Positions 1-12,131 of a stretch of 64,000 bases of DNA are shown piece by piece. Origin of the DNA: Chiloscyllium plagiosum (lineage: Eukaryota); NCBI RefSeq assembly GCF_004010195.1, contig NC_057719.1, forward strand, positions 82,165,224 through 82,229,223, written 5' to 3'. Made by a program: the position numbers and the translations under genes. Every line of letters begins with the position of its first letter. The stretch's first letter is position 1. The notes beneath the pieces were generated by a model that searched no databases, was not told the DNA's origin, and saw only the letters and a list, made by a program, of their open reading frames with translations.

Positions 1-39
1 CACATCTATCTCCGGCCTCCTTTTGTGTGAGCTCATACC

Positions 40-900
40 TCATCTCCCCAACATTTTAAAACTCATCTACTTTCTCTGTAAGTACTTTGTGATTTAGCCT
101 CTACAAATCTCTGGGATAGAGAATTTTAGGCATCCGCTTCCCTCTGGGAGAAAAAAAAAATCCTTTTGCGTTTCCATTTTAAATGAGGTTTCAGCATAAC
201 TGGGCAATGTACCCTAGTTTGAGATTTTTCCATTTGTGGTAATATCTTCTCAACATCTACCCTGTGAGGCTCCCTTCAGAATCTTGATTGTTTCAATAAG
301 AATGTCCCTCATTCAATGGAGTTTAGAAAAATAAAGACCTAACTTGTTTCACCATTTTTGATGAACCAACCCTTAACCCCAGTAATCAGATTAGTGAATG
401 CCTTCTGAGCTGCCTCGAATGCTGTTAAATTCTTTTTAAATACAGGGACTAAAACAGTACACTATACAGTTGATGACCTTCCCAACACCCAATGCAGTTC
501 TCCTGACACTTGTCTATTTTTGAACTTTTTGGCAACAAAGGCCAAATTGCAATTGCCTTAATTGTAGCATGTGCATTCTCACTTGGTTCCACACATGAGC
601 ACTGAAATCTGTGGTGCACTCCTTTGTAGCCTCTATTCAAATAATTCTACCTTTTTGTTTCTTCCTGCCAAAGTGCATGACCTTACACTTCCCTACAATA
701 AATTTTGTTGGCCAAGTTTTTGCCCACTTGCCCAATCTATCCATTTCCCCTTTCAACATTCCTTATGTTCTCATCACAACATCCCCACCACCTATTTTCA
801 TATGCCAATTTGGATACATTACACACTCCTTCGAGTCATTAATGTAGAAGGTAAATAATTGAGGACCGAGGACTGATCCTGTGACACTCCAGTTACAACT
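40..900 (-). mobile_element. Old CR1 LINE RT/3' remnant
   Basis: Reverse-complement RT motifs (gaggaccgaggactgatcctgtgacactcc = GVxQ-SVLGP-like), heavily decayed. Confidence 0.6.
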
Positions 901-1674
901 TTCCAACCTGAAAAAAAAGCATTAATTCTAACTCTTCAGTGTTTTAACTAAATCTCTGTTCATGTTAATACACAATCCGCAGTACCATGACCTATTTTGT
1001 GTGAATGGCACTTGCAGTTTGAAATTCTTGAGTTACTCAATCTTAGTGAAACTTTTTACAACGACTGCAACAGTTGCCAGTTGATGACTCAAAGTAGTAT
1101 TGGAGACCTTCTTCATGCCAACTGAGATTTGTTTGTATTCTGCTGACTGTCCTGAAGCAAATTTAGTGCATGAATTCAGTTATAAACACCTGACAGATAT
1201 GTTGAGTAACCTTCAACAGAATTGAGGTTTCCGTCTTGATTGAGCTGCTGTCGGTAAAGAAATGTGTGCATTTCTAAAGGATCTTCCTACAACTTCAGGA
1301 TGACCACCTATTGAATCGTAAATGTAACAAAGGAAACCTAGCAACTCCGTTAGACCAATAACTCTGACTCTGACTCTGGTGAAAATGGTACTAGCTGAAA
1401 CCAATGGTTCGTGAATAAGCTGCTGTCAGTCCAGGAACAGTCTGGAGGAAATTAAATAAATTGAGTGGCTGAGACAGTCAACTTGTTTCCAAATGCCAAA
1501 TATTCTATTTCTTCATGTGAGATCTAATTATATCAGCAAATGTTTTTACAGTTTTATTCTCTTTTTAATGGGCCAAATCATGGACTTTTGACTGAGCGGT
1601 ATAGGGATTTGGCCTGAAATCCCTGTGTCCCCAAGGTTTGGCAGAGCTGGGTCACAAAACTCTTTGTAACAGAA

Positions 1675-2570
1675 GCCACAAGGATCGGTGGTGGGTCCAC
1701 TGATTTTTGTCATTTGTGTAAATGATTTGGATGCGAACATAGGTATAATTAGTAAGTTTGCAGATGTCACTAAAATTGGAGGTGTCGTGGACAGTGAAGA
1801 AGTTTCCCTCAGTACAATGGGATCTTGATCAAATGGGCCAATATAGCGAGGAGTGGTAGATGGACTTGTATTTAGATAATGAGGTGTTGTGTTTTGGGAA
1901 GGCAAATCAGGGCAGCACCTTTATACTAACTGGTAAGGTCCTGGGGAATGTTGCTCAACAAAGAGTTCTTGGAGTGCAGGTTCATAGATCAGGTGGTGAA
2001 GAAGGCTTTTGGTCTGCTTTCCCTTATTGGTCATTGCATTGAGTATAGGAGTTGGAAGGTCAAGTTATGGCTGTACAAGCTATTGGTTAGGCCACCTTTT
2101 GAAATATAGGAAGGATATTGTGAAACTTAAAAGGGTTCAGAAAAGCTCAACAAGGATGTTGCTGGGTTTGGAAGGTTTGAGCTATAGGGAGAGGCTGAAT
2201 AGGCTGGAGTTAGTTTCCCTGGAGTGTTGAAGGCTGAGGGGTGACTTCAGAGGTTTATAAAATCATGTGGAGTATGGATAGGGTAAATAGGCAAGGTCTT
2301 TTCCATGGGGTAGGGCAAATCCAAAACTTGACGGCATAAGTTTAAGGTGAAAACAAAAGATATAAAAGGGACTGAAGGAGTAACATCTTCACGCAGAGGG
2401 TGGTGCGTGTGTGGAATGAGCTGCCAGAGGAAATGGTGGAGGCTAGTATGATTACAACACTTAAAAGGCATCTGGATGGATATGTGAATAGATAAGGTTT
2501 AGAGAGATGTGGGCCAAATGCTGGCAAATCAGATTAGATTTCTATTGAATATCTGGACGACCTGGACCGA
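1675..2570 (+). mobile_element. HER1/CR1 LINE 3' fragment (RT C-terminal half and 3' UTR)
   Basis: ccacaaggatcggtggtgggtccactg (PQGSVVGPL), agtaagtttgcagatgtcactaaaattgga (SKFAD.TKIG), RKDIVKLKRVQK...LSYRERLNRL. Confidence 0.88.
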
Positions 2571-2714
2571 AGTATGGTTTATCTTTTTGAAGTACTCAGT
2601 TCAGCCAGGATAAGTGTGTTGACATTTGTGTAACTACGTTTATGGTTTGGGTGAGATCAGTACAGCACTACCCTGGTGTGCTAGAAACATGGCAAAGACC
2701 TTGCTAATTTGAAG

Positions 2715-2945
2715 GGGTGGGTTAGATCAATTGGCTGGTCGACTGGTTTGTGATGCACTGTGCTATCAACAGCATTGGTTCAGTTCCCGCACTGGTTGAG
2801 GTTACCATGCAGAGCTCTCCTTCTCAACATCTCCCCTTGCCTGAAGTGCAGTGACCCTTGGGTTGAACCATTACCGGTCTTCTTTCTCATTCTCATTCTC
2901 TCATGAGAGAGCAACCCAGTGATTCTCTGGGATTGTGGTGACTAC
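2715..2945 (+). mobile_element. Separate tRNA-derived SINE family
   Basis: A-box-like ttagatcaattgg and B-box-like ggttcagttccc head followed by a short body. Family name not assigned. Confidence 0.55.
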
Positions 2946-4824
2946 CTATCCCTAGATAAAGTCAACTAGTAGGCAGTTTGGTTTGAATGGAATAAAGCTG
3001 AATTTTTGTTTTGCGCATTTTCTTCTCTTTGTCTGCTTAGTGTCATTACGATGTCATCCTTGTCTACAAGAGACCATCGATTATGTTATTACTATCCCTA
3101 GCTGTAAACAGGGTAGATGTTTAGCCTATTCCTAGGCTTTCTTCAACAGTGCTTTGGCATTAGTTATTGAGAGTTGCCAAAAGTAGCATCTCAGCAGCTC
3201 TGTTGTGATCAGGATCTTAGTGGAAATACTGTAACCGTGAGTCGGTTATCTGTTGTTTAGGGACATCACTGCGATGCTGGCTTCTGTGTTATGAGCATTT
3301 CATCAGGAGGCAAAAGAAATGACAATGCCAAATCAAAGTTTTAATCATTTAATCAGTGTGTCAAATGAAGTGTTTACTGACATTCTGGCTCATTCCTTGG
3401 ATCATTGTTAAAGATCGTACGACACTATTTATAGAACAGCAAAGGAGAACATCCAGTATGCTGGCCAATATTTATCCTCAATGGACATCAGTACAATTGA
3501 TGATAAATACTAGAAATACTGAGCTGAGGAGAAAAACGCAAAGATAACCATTCAGGTTAATGACCTATTGTCAGAAAACCTGTTTTTCCGTAGTTTAGAT
3601 TTGATCATCGGCACATTGCTGTTTCTGACCTTGGTGTATGTAAATTTACTGCTACTTTTTTTACATCGCATCCAATTAAATGCAATATAATTATTGACAT
3701 AAAGTGCTTTGGGATATACTGAGGTTATGAAAGACGGTATGTAAATGTAATTATTTTGTTTTCATGCTTACTCGCTCCTTCTTCTGTTATGTGACAAATT
3801 CAAAGGATCAGGTTTCTTTTTGGAGTTCTTTTGTAATGGCGAGTGTATTTGTGAAGACATCAGACAGGGATGTACTTAGACTCGACAAAAATGGCCCTGG
3901 GCCTCATTTGTCAAGTTTTGTTCAGGCTTAAATTTGTTTGGGAATATCGGAACACTGTCACATTTTTTAGAGACATGAGCTCTGTGCTTATTCATTTTTA
4001 AATCATAAAATGAGATTATTGCTAACACAGATCCAGCCTGTGATGATTTGTCAACCACATTGTGACCTCTGGAATAAATGAATAGAAAATTGCTTCTGTG
4101 CAGACTTAACATTTTTATTGTGAAAGTTTCTCAATTCGGAATGACAGTTTTCTAGTTTGTGTGGTCTACATACCCTGATGTAAGATGGTCTCTGCTAGGG
4201 GATGTGGGCGAGGTTCACTAGCCTCATTAAATCACAGTCCCTGAATATGAATTCATATGATGCAGGGTAAGCTAATGAAATACAGATCAGTTCCATAAAT
4301 GGAGAGTTTGAGGGTTCCTGCTTTGACGGGAAGGTCGTTAGCCATGTTTCCCAGCATGTAACATACAACTCTTCATATGTAACTTGTATGTCCTAGTGTG
4401 AGAAATACTATTCTACTCCGATACCTTTACCCATATGTCTTAAGATGCAAAAATGTCCTAGTCTGAAGGATTACTTTCAAATTGTGAGGATAATGATACA
4501 ATATCAGTAAAGAGGAATCCTGGGTTTATTTGCTTATATGGATGATGAGGGCAATCCTCTATAACTGCTTGTATTTATGTAGTGCTTTAAATATAATACA
4601 CCAACTCTGAGCTTTGCAAGTGCATTTATAATGCAGCATTTGACACCAAGCCACTAAAGTGAGAAATGAGTGTAGATGATCAAAAATGCAATTGAAAAGG
4701 TTGGCTTTGTGCTTTTTAAAGAAGGGAAGTAGAGAGATGGAGAAGTACAGTGAAGAGCTGCAGTTTTGTAGACTTGACAGAAATACTCTTGACCAATATA
4801 ACTCTCAGATATTTACTTTATTTC

Positions 4825-5092
4825 AGGAAAGCCAACATTAGTTGTCAATCCCTAATTGCCTTTAAACTGAGTGCTTGTTAGGCTGCTTCAAAGGGCAGTT
4901 GAGAATAAACCACACTGCTGTCTGTCTGGAGTTACATGTGTACCAGATGAGTTAAGGATGGCAGATTGCCTTCCCTAATAGCATTAGTCAAATTAAATTC
5001 CTCCAGTACCATAGTGAACTTTGAACACGTCCACAGAGCTTTCATCGAGACTTCTGGATTGCTAGTCCAGTAGTATTAGCACTGTGCCACCC
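4825..5092 (-). mobile_element. tRNA-headed SINE sharing head and tail with the LINE at 26825-30478
   Basis: Tail (ccaacattagttgtcaatccctaattgcc) abuts the head block (gggcagttgagaataaaccacactgctg...gatggcagattgccttccctaa). Other copies at ~58265-58520, ~55800-56230 and ~20630-20880 (+). Confidence 0.65.
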
Positions 5093-5693
5093 ACAGCTGA
5101 AATAGAGGTTGTGAACCTGTAACCAGTGCATATTTGAAGAGCTGAGTTGACAGTATTGGCAAAGAAGAGTATTGATTAACACGAAAAAAAAAGTTTCTAA
5201 AGCATATCTGTGTCAATCTAGTAAGGAAACCGAATGACGAAGGGTCAGGTGGGCTAGAGGCATTAGCAATCTTTTTATCTCTTCTGGGTACTGTTCATTG
5301 TTTGGTTAGACGATCTGTCATGCAATTACCTGAACTGCACATTAAAGGCTCAATGTTTTCTGGAATGGATTTTAAATGCAGCATTACCAATTTGAACTGA
5401 AACCTTGACACTGCACATGAAGGTGGTTTTGTGGGCTGCTACTGAAATTTGATCAATATCTGTCAAGGTGATTGAGTGTAACATGGTGTCAACAACTGGT
5501 GATTGGTGATATTTATTGCTGTCACAATGCTGCCCAATTTCTTCTTGTTTGGAAAGCTTTTCCTGCATTGATACATCCAATTTGGATGACTGACCAGCAT
5601 AATGCATACAGCTAAAACTTTTTAAGACAGCTTGAAGATGTATTATAAAATGCCATAATGAGTTATACACTTTAGTGTGGGAAATGATTTTGT

Positions 5694-6020
5694 TTAGATT
5701 AGATTTTAGATTAGGTTCCCTACTGCATAGAAATAGGCCCTTCGGCCCAACAAGTCCACATTTATCCTCCGGAGAGCAACCCACCCAGACCTTTTTCCCC
5801 CTATATTTACCCCTGATTAATGTATCTAACACTATGGACAATTTAGCATGGCCAATTCACCTAACCTGCACATCTTTGGATTGTGGGAGGAAACCGGAGC
5901 ACCTGGAGGAAACCCACGCAGACACTGGCAGAATGGGCAAACTCCACACATAGTTGCCTGAGGCTGGAATCGAACCTGGGTCTCTGCACTGTGAGGCAGC
6001 ATTGCTAACCACTGAGCCAC
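5694..6020 (-). mobile_element. HE1-type tRNA-derived V-SINE
   Basis: Reverse complement has A/B-box head (gtggctcagtgg...ggttcgattcc), V-domain (gtctgcgtgggtttcctcc...tgctccggtttcctcccaca) and short-repeat tail (ttaga)n. Confidence 0.85.
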
Positions 6021-6273
6021 AAGAAAAATTTCGTAGTTTCTGTCAAGAAATGGCTTGTTCTGCTGTATTGCTTTTGTCAAATCTGGGACAACCCAAAGTG
6101 ACTTACAGTTTGACTATGCTTCAGTAGCACTTCACAATGTTAATGTAGGAAGCCCTGGAGCCAATTTATCCATTGAAAGCAGTGGGTTTTTAAAAAAAAA
6201 AAATTTGTCCTTCAGTAAGAGATAAATATTGGTCAGGGTTTTGTGAAGGGCTACTCTGCTATGCAAGAGGACA

Positions 6274-6490
6274 GCGCTGAAAATGTGTTGCTGGAACAGC
6301 GCAGCAGGTCAGGCAGCATCCAGGGAACAGGAGAATCGACGTTTCGGACATAAGCCCTTCTGATTCCTGAAGAAGGGCTTATGCCCGAAACGTCGATTCT
6401 CCTGTTCCCTGGATGCTGCTTGACCTGCTGCGCTGTTCCAGCAACGCATTTTCAGCTCTGATCTCCAGCATCTGCAGACCTCACTTTCTC
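6274..6490. mobile_element. Penelope-like fold-back mini-element with hammerhead motif (copy 1)
   Basis: Inverted arms (~6274-6360 vs ~6371-6457) plus tail ending ctcactttctcc. Direct duplication ctatgcaagaggaca at 6259-6273 and 6491-6505. Confidence 0.88.
6362..6399 (+). ncRNA. Minimal type I hammerhead ribozyme motif
   Basis: gattc-CTGAAGA-A-GGGC-ttat-GCCC-GAAAC-GTC-gattc: CUGANGA box, 4-bp helix II, GAAA box, palindromic ACGT in place of helix III, GUC cleavage triplet (core 6367-6394). Confidence 0.75.
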
Positions 6491-7014
6491 CTATGCAAGA
6501 GGACAATCTGAGTTCCAGCATAGTTTGTCAACCAGCAGATGGCACCTGTAACAGTGGAGCACTCCTTCACCACAGTCAGGATTGAGTTTAAGGTCGAGAA
6601 TGAGACTCAAACCTTCAGAAAAAACCTAAGTTGTGCCACTGACTTAAAGTCCAATTTTAAATATTAGACATTTTGATCATGTTTTGAAAAGGGGTCAAGG
6701 CAATAGGTGATACCTCTGTGTTCCTTGAACAACAAATAGTTGCGTGAAAGTTACATTTTTAGCTCCAGTGTTGCAGTTTCTTGAAACTGAACAATATAAG
6801 CAAGGCATTTAACTCTTCTTTCTGATCTGGAAGTTAATATTTTGTACTGACTGACTTTGAAGTTATGGTTACTAAGATTCCACATTATATTTGAGCAGTT
6901 ATTTTAAATATGAACTAGGTTTACATTTCATTTCTTAACCATTTTCTAGAAAAGTCAACTGAGGAGCTGAATCTTCCTTAAATGGAAAAAGACTGCAGAA
7001 AGCTACAGAACAGC

Positions 7015-7450
7015 AAGGGGGAGTTGCATTTTTGATAAGGGATAGCATTACAACTGTACTGAGGGAGGATATTCCCAGAAATACATCCAGGGATGTTATT
7101 TGGGTCGAACTGAGAAATAAGAAAGGGTTGATCGCCTTATTGGAATTGTATTGCAGACCCCCTAATAGTTAGAGGGAAATTGAGAAACAAATTTGTTAGG
7201 CAATCTCAGTTATCTGTAAGAATAATAGGGTGGTTGTGGTAGGAGATTTTAACTTTCCAAACATAGACTGGGACTGCTATAGTGTTATGAGTTTACATGG
7301 AGAGGAATTTAAGCGTGTACTACAAAGGGTATGGAGGGATATGGGCCGGCTGTTGGCAGGTGGGACTAGATTGGGTTGGGATATCTGGTCAGCGTGGATG
7401 GGTTGGACCAGCGGGTCTGTTTCTGTGCTGTACATCTCTTATGACTCTAT
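7015..7450 (+). mobile_element. HER1/CR1 fragment: endonuclease piece joined directly to the 3' end, nested in an older CR1 (~6970-7930)
   Basis: VVVGDFNFPNIDW endonuclease motif, then 3' UTR ending tctgtttctgtgctgtacatctcttatgactcta. Confidence 0.75.
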
Positions 7451-9359
7451 TTGGGAGTCCTCACCTGTGAATCTTAAGAAAACTAGCGTCCAAGTTCAGT
7501 GATTGGGGGAAAGCGCATCGAATGTTGGCTTTTATTCTAAAGGGAATGGCGTATAAAAGGAGGGAGGGTTTACTAAAACTATACAAGGCACTAGTTAGAC
7601 CATAGCTGGCATGTTGTGAAGTGTTTTTGGGCCCTTATCTAAGGGAAAATATACTGGCATTGGAGACAGTCCAGAGAAGGTTCACTCAGCTGATACTGAA
7701 TTCGGAAGGACTGTTTTTATGGGGAGAGCTTAAGTAGATTAGGCCTGTGCTTACTGGAATATCAGTAAATGAAAAGTGCCCTTTTTGAATCCTACAAGAT
7801 TTTTAAGGGACTTGATGCAGAAAAGTGGTTTTCCCTGTGGAGAGTCTAGAACCAGAGGATATGACCTTTGAGCAGAGAGTCACCCTGGTTAGATGGGCTG
7901 AATCCAAAACTTCTCCTATGTTTTATAATCTTATGGCTACCTACAAGAACTATCAAAATGATACCCATAGTTAATTAATATAAAACTAAAATGTAAGCCC
8001 ATGGAGTCAAGGATGCAGATAAAGGCTTCTGTCTATAAATTGGGACAGACAAGTGACCAAACAGAAGATTTAAAAATAAGGAATGTGAAGTGTCAACTTT
8101 AACATAGTTAAAAGGGCAACTGATACTCCAATGTCAGATGCCTAGATTCACGTGAGATTTTATACTAAAGTTCCGCATGGCCTTCGGACGAATGTACTAC
8201 CCAGTGAACAGAAGAGCTCTCACTAGTATTGTCATCAATATTTATCCCTCCACTCTCAAGCTTTGCAATCTGGAGAATGGTTGAACTGTTTAACTGTTAA
8301 GTTGACCTGTTCTTTTGATAACTCCATTGCTGTGGAAGCTCCCTGTGAAATTTAGCAGTGGCTGAGAGGTCAACAATTTGAAAATGTTAGCATCCAGATC
8401 TGAAACTGATCATTGTTTATGGAACCTTGCTGTGTAATTTAGCTGTTGCACTTCTTGCACTCGAACAATTTACACTCGAAGTATTTGATTGGCTGTGAAC
8501 TGCTTTAGTATCACCAGATTTTGTGAAAGCATCTTTTGTATAATTGCATGCTCGTTCGTTCTTAGTAGTGTATTTTATTGGGAAAAGGGGTGGGTGTCAC
8601 ACCAAGGAAGGAGTGATGTGGGTGTTAAGTACAGTATTCACTAAATAGAACAGAATCAGCATAGCTTTAGAGGCCTGAGAAAATTGCAGTGATTACTTTC
8701 AATTGTCTAGGCTGTGAAGTAATTAAAAAAACTAATTGAGTTTTGTTCAATATGACCTTGATAGAACTATGTTGTGAGTATACGCCAAGTTGTCAGCCCT
8801 GTGTACTGCAATGTGGAAACCTGTACTGCATTCTGGTCACTGTTTGAGAATAGAGTACAGCAATAGAAGGGATCATAACTGTGAATAAAGATAGCATCTT
8901 CATCTCTACAGTGCTGAATGATGTCTGTTTAAAAAGTAACCTTCTGTAAAATATCAAGAATATATGAAATAGGTTTGGGGCTTCTGTTTAACTCCCAAAA
9001 TAGATTACTATTAGAATAAGCTACTTTCAATTAAGTGATAAAGCAGATCATTTAAAAATGCAATGAAGCATTGGGGTTTTGGAGGAATGACTCTTCTGGA
9101 GCGTATTTATAGCTGCATGCATGGCCTTCAGTTGTTGCTGTAAGTATAGGGAAGATCATGGGGAGGACACAATGATTCAGAATTGGTGATTAAAAGCATT
9201 TTGTTTGAAATGGTGTCTTTTTCGGTTGCATGCTCTGCAGAGTATTGGAAGGTTGTGATCAAGTTATACTTCAGAATTTGAGCATGAGCAGCAGTTCAGG
9301 GCAGTTGTTTAAGTGGAAGCTTCATTGTGTATTCATTTGAAGTTAAAAGTTCTTGTGAA

Positions 9360-9790
9360 AAATGCACCTTTTATTTAATACAACTTCAGGATGTTTCAAA
9401 GCTCTTTACAGCCAGTAAGGTACTTTTGAAGTAATAACCTCTGTATTGTTAGGAACAGGGCAGCTAATTTGTGTGCAGCAAGCTCCCACACAAAGGAATA
9501 TGAAGATGACCAGTCAAATTCTTTAAATGATGTTGGTTGAAAGATGAATACTTGGGGGAAACTTGCTTGATTGTCTTCATATCTTACCATGGAATATTTC
9601 ATTGGAAGGCTGGTGAGGCTCCATTTAATATTGCAATGAGAAAATATCTCCTTCAAGAGACAGCACCTCCAATAGTGCAACATGCCCTCAGTCCTACACT
9701 GGAAAATGAATCTAGATTTTATGTTCACTTCTCTGGAATTGGATTGAATCCACAACTTTCTACTTCAAGCATCATCAAATGAGACCAGAG
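9360..9790 (-). mobile_element. SacSINE1/AmnSINE1-like Deu-domain SINE
   Basis: Degenerate Deu-domain core (gcagctaatttgtgtgcagcaagctcccaca...gatgttggttga). More degenerate copies at approx. 3420-3760, 6090-6640, 8180-8550, 11290-11630, 31110-31440, 42860-43150, 45690-46090, 56820-57100. Confidence 0.65.
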
Positions 9791-9959
9791 ACTTCAAACA
9801 AAGCCTATTTCTTTCCATTCATGCTATCACTAAATAAATTAATGGATGAATATCAGTGCTTTGCAGTGAAAGTTGCTGCAAATGTGTAAGTTTTCAAATC
9901 TAAATAAGATTTGGTATTTAGTTTGACATGCCCATAATAATGATCCAAAACTGGACAGA

Positions 9960-10960
9960 AATGAGGATGCAGGGAGGCTTTAAGGTGATTTAGACCAGTT
10001 GAATGAGTGGGCAAATACTTAACAGATGTCAGTGAAATGTGGATAAATGTCTTGTCGTTCATTTTGGCGTAAAAATAGAAAGGGAGAGTATTATTTCAGT
10101 GATGATAAATTGAGAAGTGTGGATACTGAAAGGGATCTTGGGTGTCTTTTGCTCTTGTTCTATCTGGAAATGCTATATTTCACAGCCACATTCCTTTTCC
10201 CACCACCAGTAAATAACCTATGGCAATTTTCACCCATTACCACTACCATTTTATCAGCTGTGTTTCTAATTGTTCATTTTGATGCGTAGAGCCTGTTGTG
10301 AGATGAGTGTCTAGGTACTCCAGTCAATGAAATGCAGGCAGGTGCATCAAACAGTCGACCTTCATTGTAAAAAGTTTTGAGTTCAGAAATAGGAATGTTT
10401 TAGTGCAGTTATATAGGGCCTTGGTGAAACTGCACCTGGAGTATTGTGTGCAGTTTTGGTATCCCTGCCTAAGAAAGGATATATTGGCATAGAGGCAGCA
10501 CATTGCAGGTTCATGAGGCTGAGACCAGAGATCACAACACTGTCCGAGGGGGAGAGATTGATTTGACTGGACCTGTATTCAATGAAGTTTAGAAGGATAA
10601 GAGGGCATCTGATTGCAATATATAAAATTCTAACAGGACTGAACAAACTAGATGCTGGGAGGATGATTTCCCTGGTTGGGGAGTGTAGAATCAAGGCCCA
10701 CAAATCTGGAAACAGGGTAGATCCTTTGTGACTGATTCTTCACTCCAGAGATAGTGGAATTATCTATCTCAAAAGTTAGATAGATAATTGACACTGAATA
10801 TACTCAAGCAAGAGAGATGTGTTTTTAAATTTTAAAGGCATTTAAGAAGCATGGGAAAAAGGTGGGAATATGATATTGAGAAAGGGAATCAGCCATGGTT
10901 ATTTTTAATGGCAGAGCATACTTGAAGCGTTGAATGGCCTGTTCCTGGATCTATTTTCAA
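9960..10960 (+). mobile_element. CR1 LINE 3' remnant (interrupted at ~10145-10320)
   Basis: ttatatagggccttggtgaaactgcacctggagtattgtgtgcagttttgg ([16 protein letters not shown]). Confidence 0.75.
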
Positions 10961-11921
10961 TAATGTACAGAACACAATGATTCAGTGTTGGGACATGGAT
11001 ACTTCTGCAGGATATTATGATACAAATGGGCTATAGCTAAATTTTGGACTAGAATTTTTCAGAACCTTTTTGTGTTCTTGTTCCCAATACCCTTTTAATA
11101 ATGTGTTCTTTCAGATTCGCTTTTTCAAAAGAAAACTGCTTCAACAATTGGAAAGAATTCAAAATCCTTTCGTAAGGAGAGGTTTTCTTTTTGACCATGC
11201 AGTCCCAACCTCCAAACACTAGTTCTGTATTTCAGTTTTTGCTACCTTGCTGTCACTATGCAATGCAAACAATCCCTTCATCTAGTTAGGAACTCCAGTG
11301 TTGAAGTTCCACTCTAGAGGCATTTAATTCAGACCAGCAATATTGCTTTGTACTACCACTGCAGGATCACTGCACTGAGGTGCTGCCTTTGGATTGTTAA
11401 ACTTGTTTTGTCTACCTGCAGGTGAGATTTGAATAGCTGCTGTCATCTGCATGTAATCTTCAATCAAGTTCACAAAACTATTAACTGGTTGTTATCTGCA
11501 TTGCTGTTTTGGAGAGTGTCTTGCCACTTTTTTTTTTTAACATTGGAGTAGTCATTCTCCAAAATTATTTAGTTTATTGTGATGTGCTTTATGACTTCCT
11601 GTGGTCATGAAAGAAACATTTACATTTCTTGTATGCTTCCATCGCATGCAGTGGTCAGAGAACTGTTCTTTTCAGCGTGCGAGTATATGAAACTAGTTGA
11701 ATGAAATTCATAATATTAGATGTTATGATATTATAATAGCCTAATTCTAACCTAACCTAGATTGTTCTTACATGTGAAAAGAGGAAGGCTGATGTGACAG
11801 ATGATCTGTTATTATACCTTTGTTATGGGATTTGCACTAAGTCAGTGTGTCAGTTCATTGGGCTATATTTTCCAGGCAGTTCCCTGCAGATGATCACTCT
11901 GCCCTTTCTTTATGAAAGAAG

Positions 11922-12131
11922 TTAAAAACCTCAACACCAGGTTATAGTCCAACAGGTTTATTTGAAAGCACTACCTTTCGGAGCTTCATCAGGTGGCTAT
12001 GGAGTATAAGATGATGAAGGAGCAGCGCTCAGAAAGCTAGCGCTTCCAAATAAGCCTGTTGGACTATAACCTGGTGTTGTGTGATTTTTAACTTGGTGTC
12101 CACCCCAGTCCAACACTGGCTCCTCCATTTC
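11922..12131. mobile_element. Second Penelope-like fold-back terminal-repeat family with degenerate hammerhead
   Basis: Inverted arms caacaccaggttatagtccaacagg / cctgttggactataacctggtgttg. Motif aTGATGA-A-GGAGC-agc-GCTCa-GAAAGCTA at 12011-12039. Flanking duplication atgaaagaag at 11912-11921 and 12132-12141. Confidence 0.75.
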
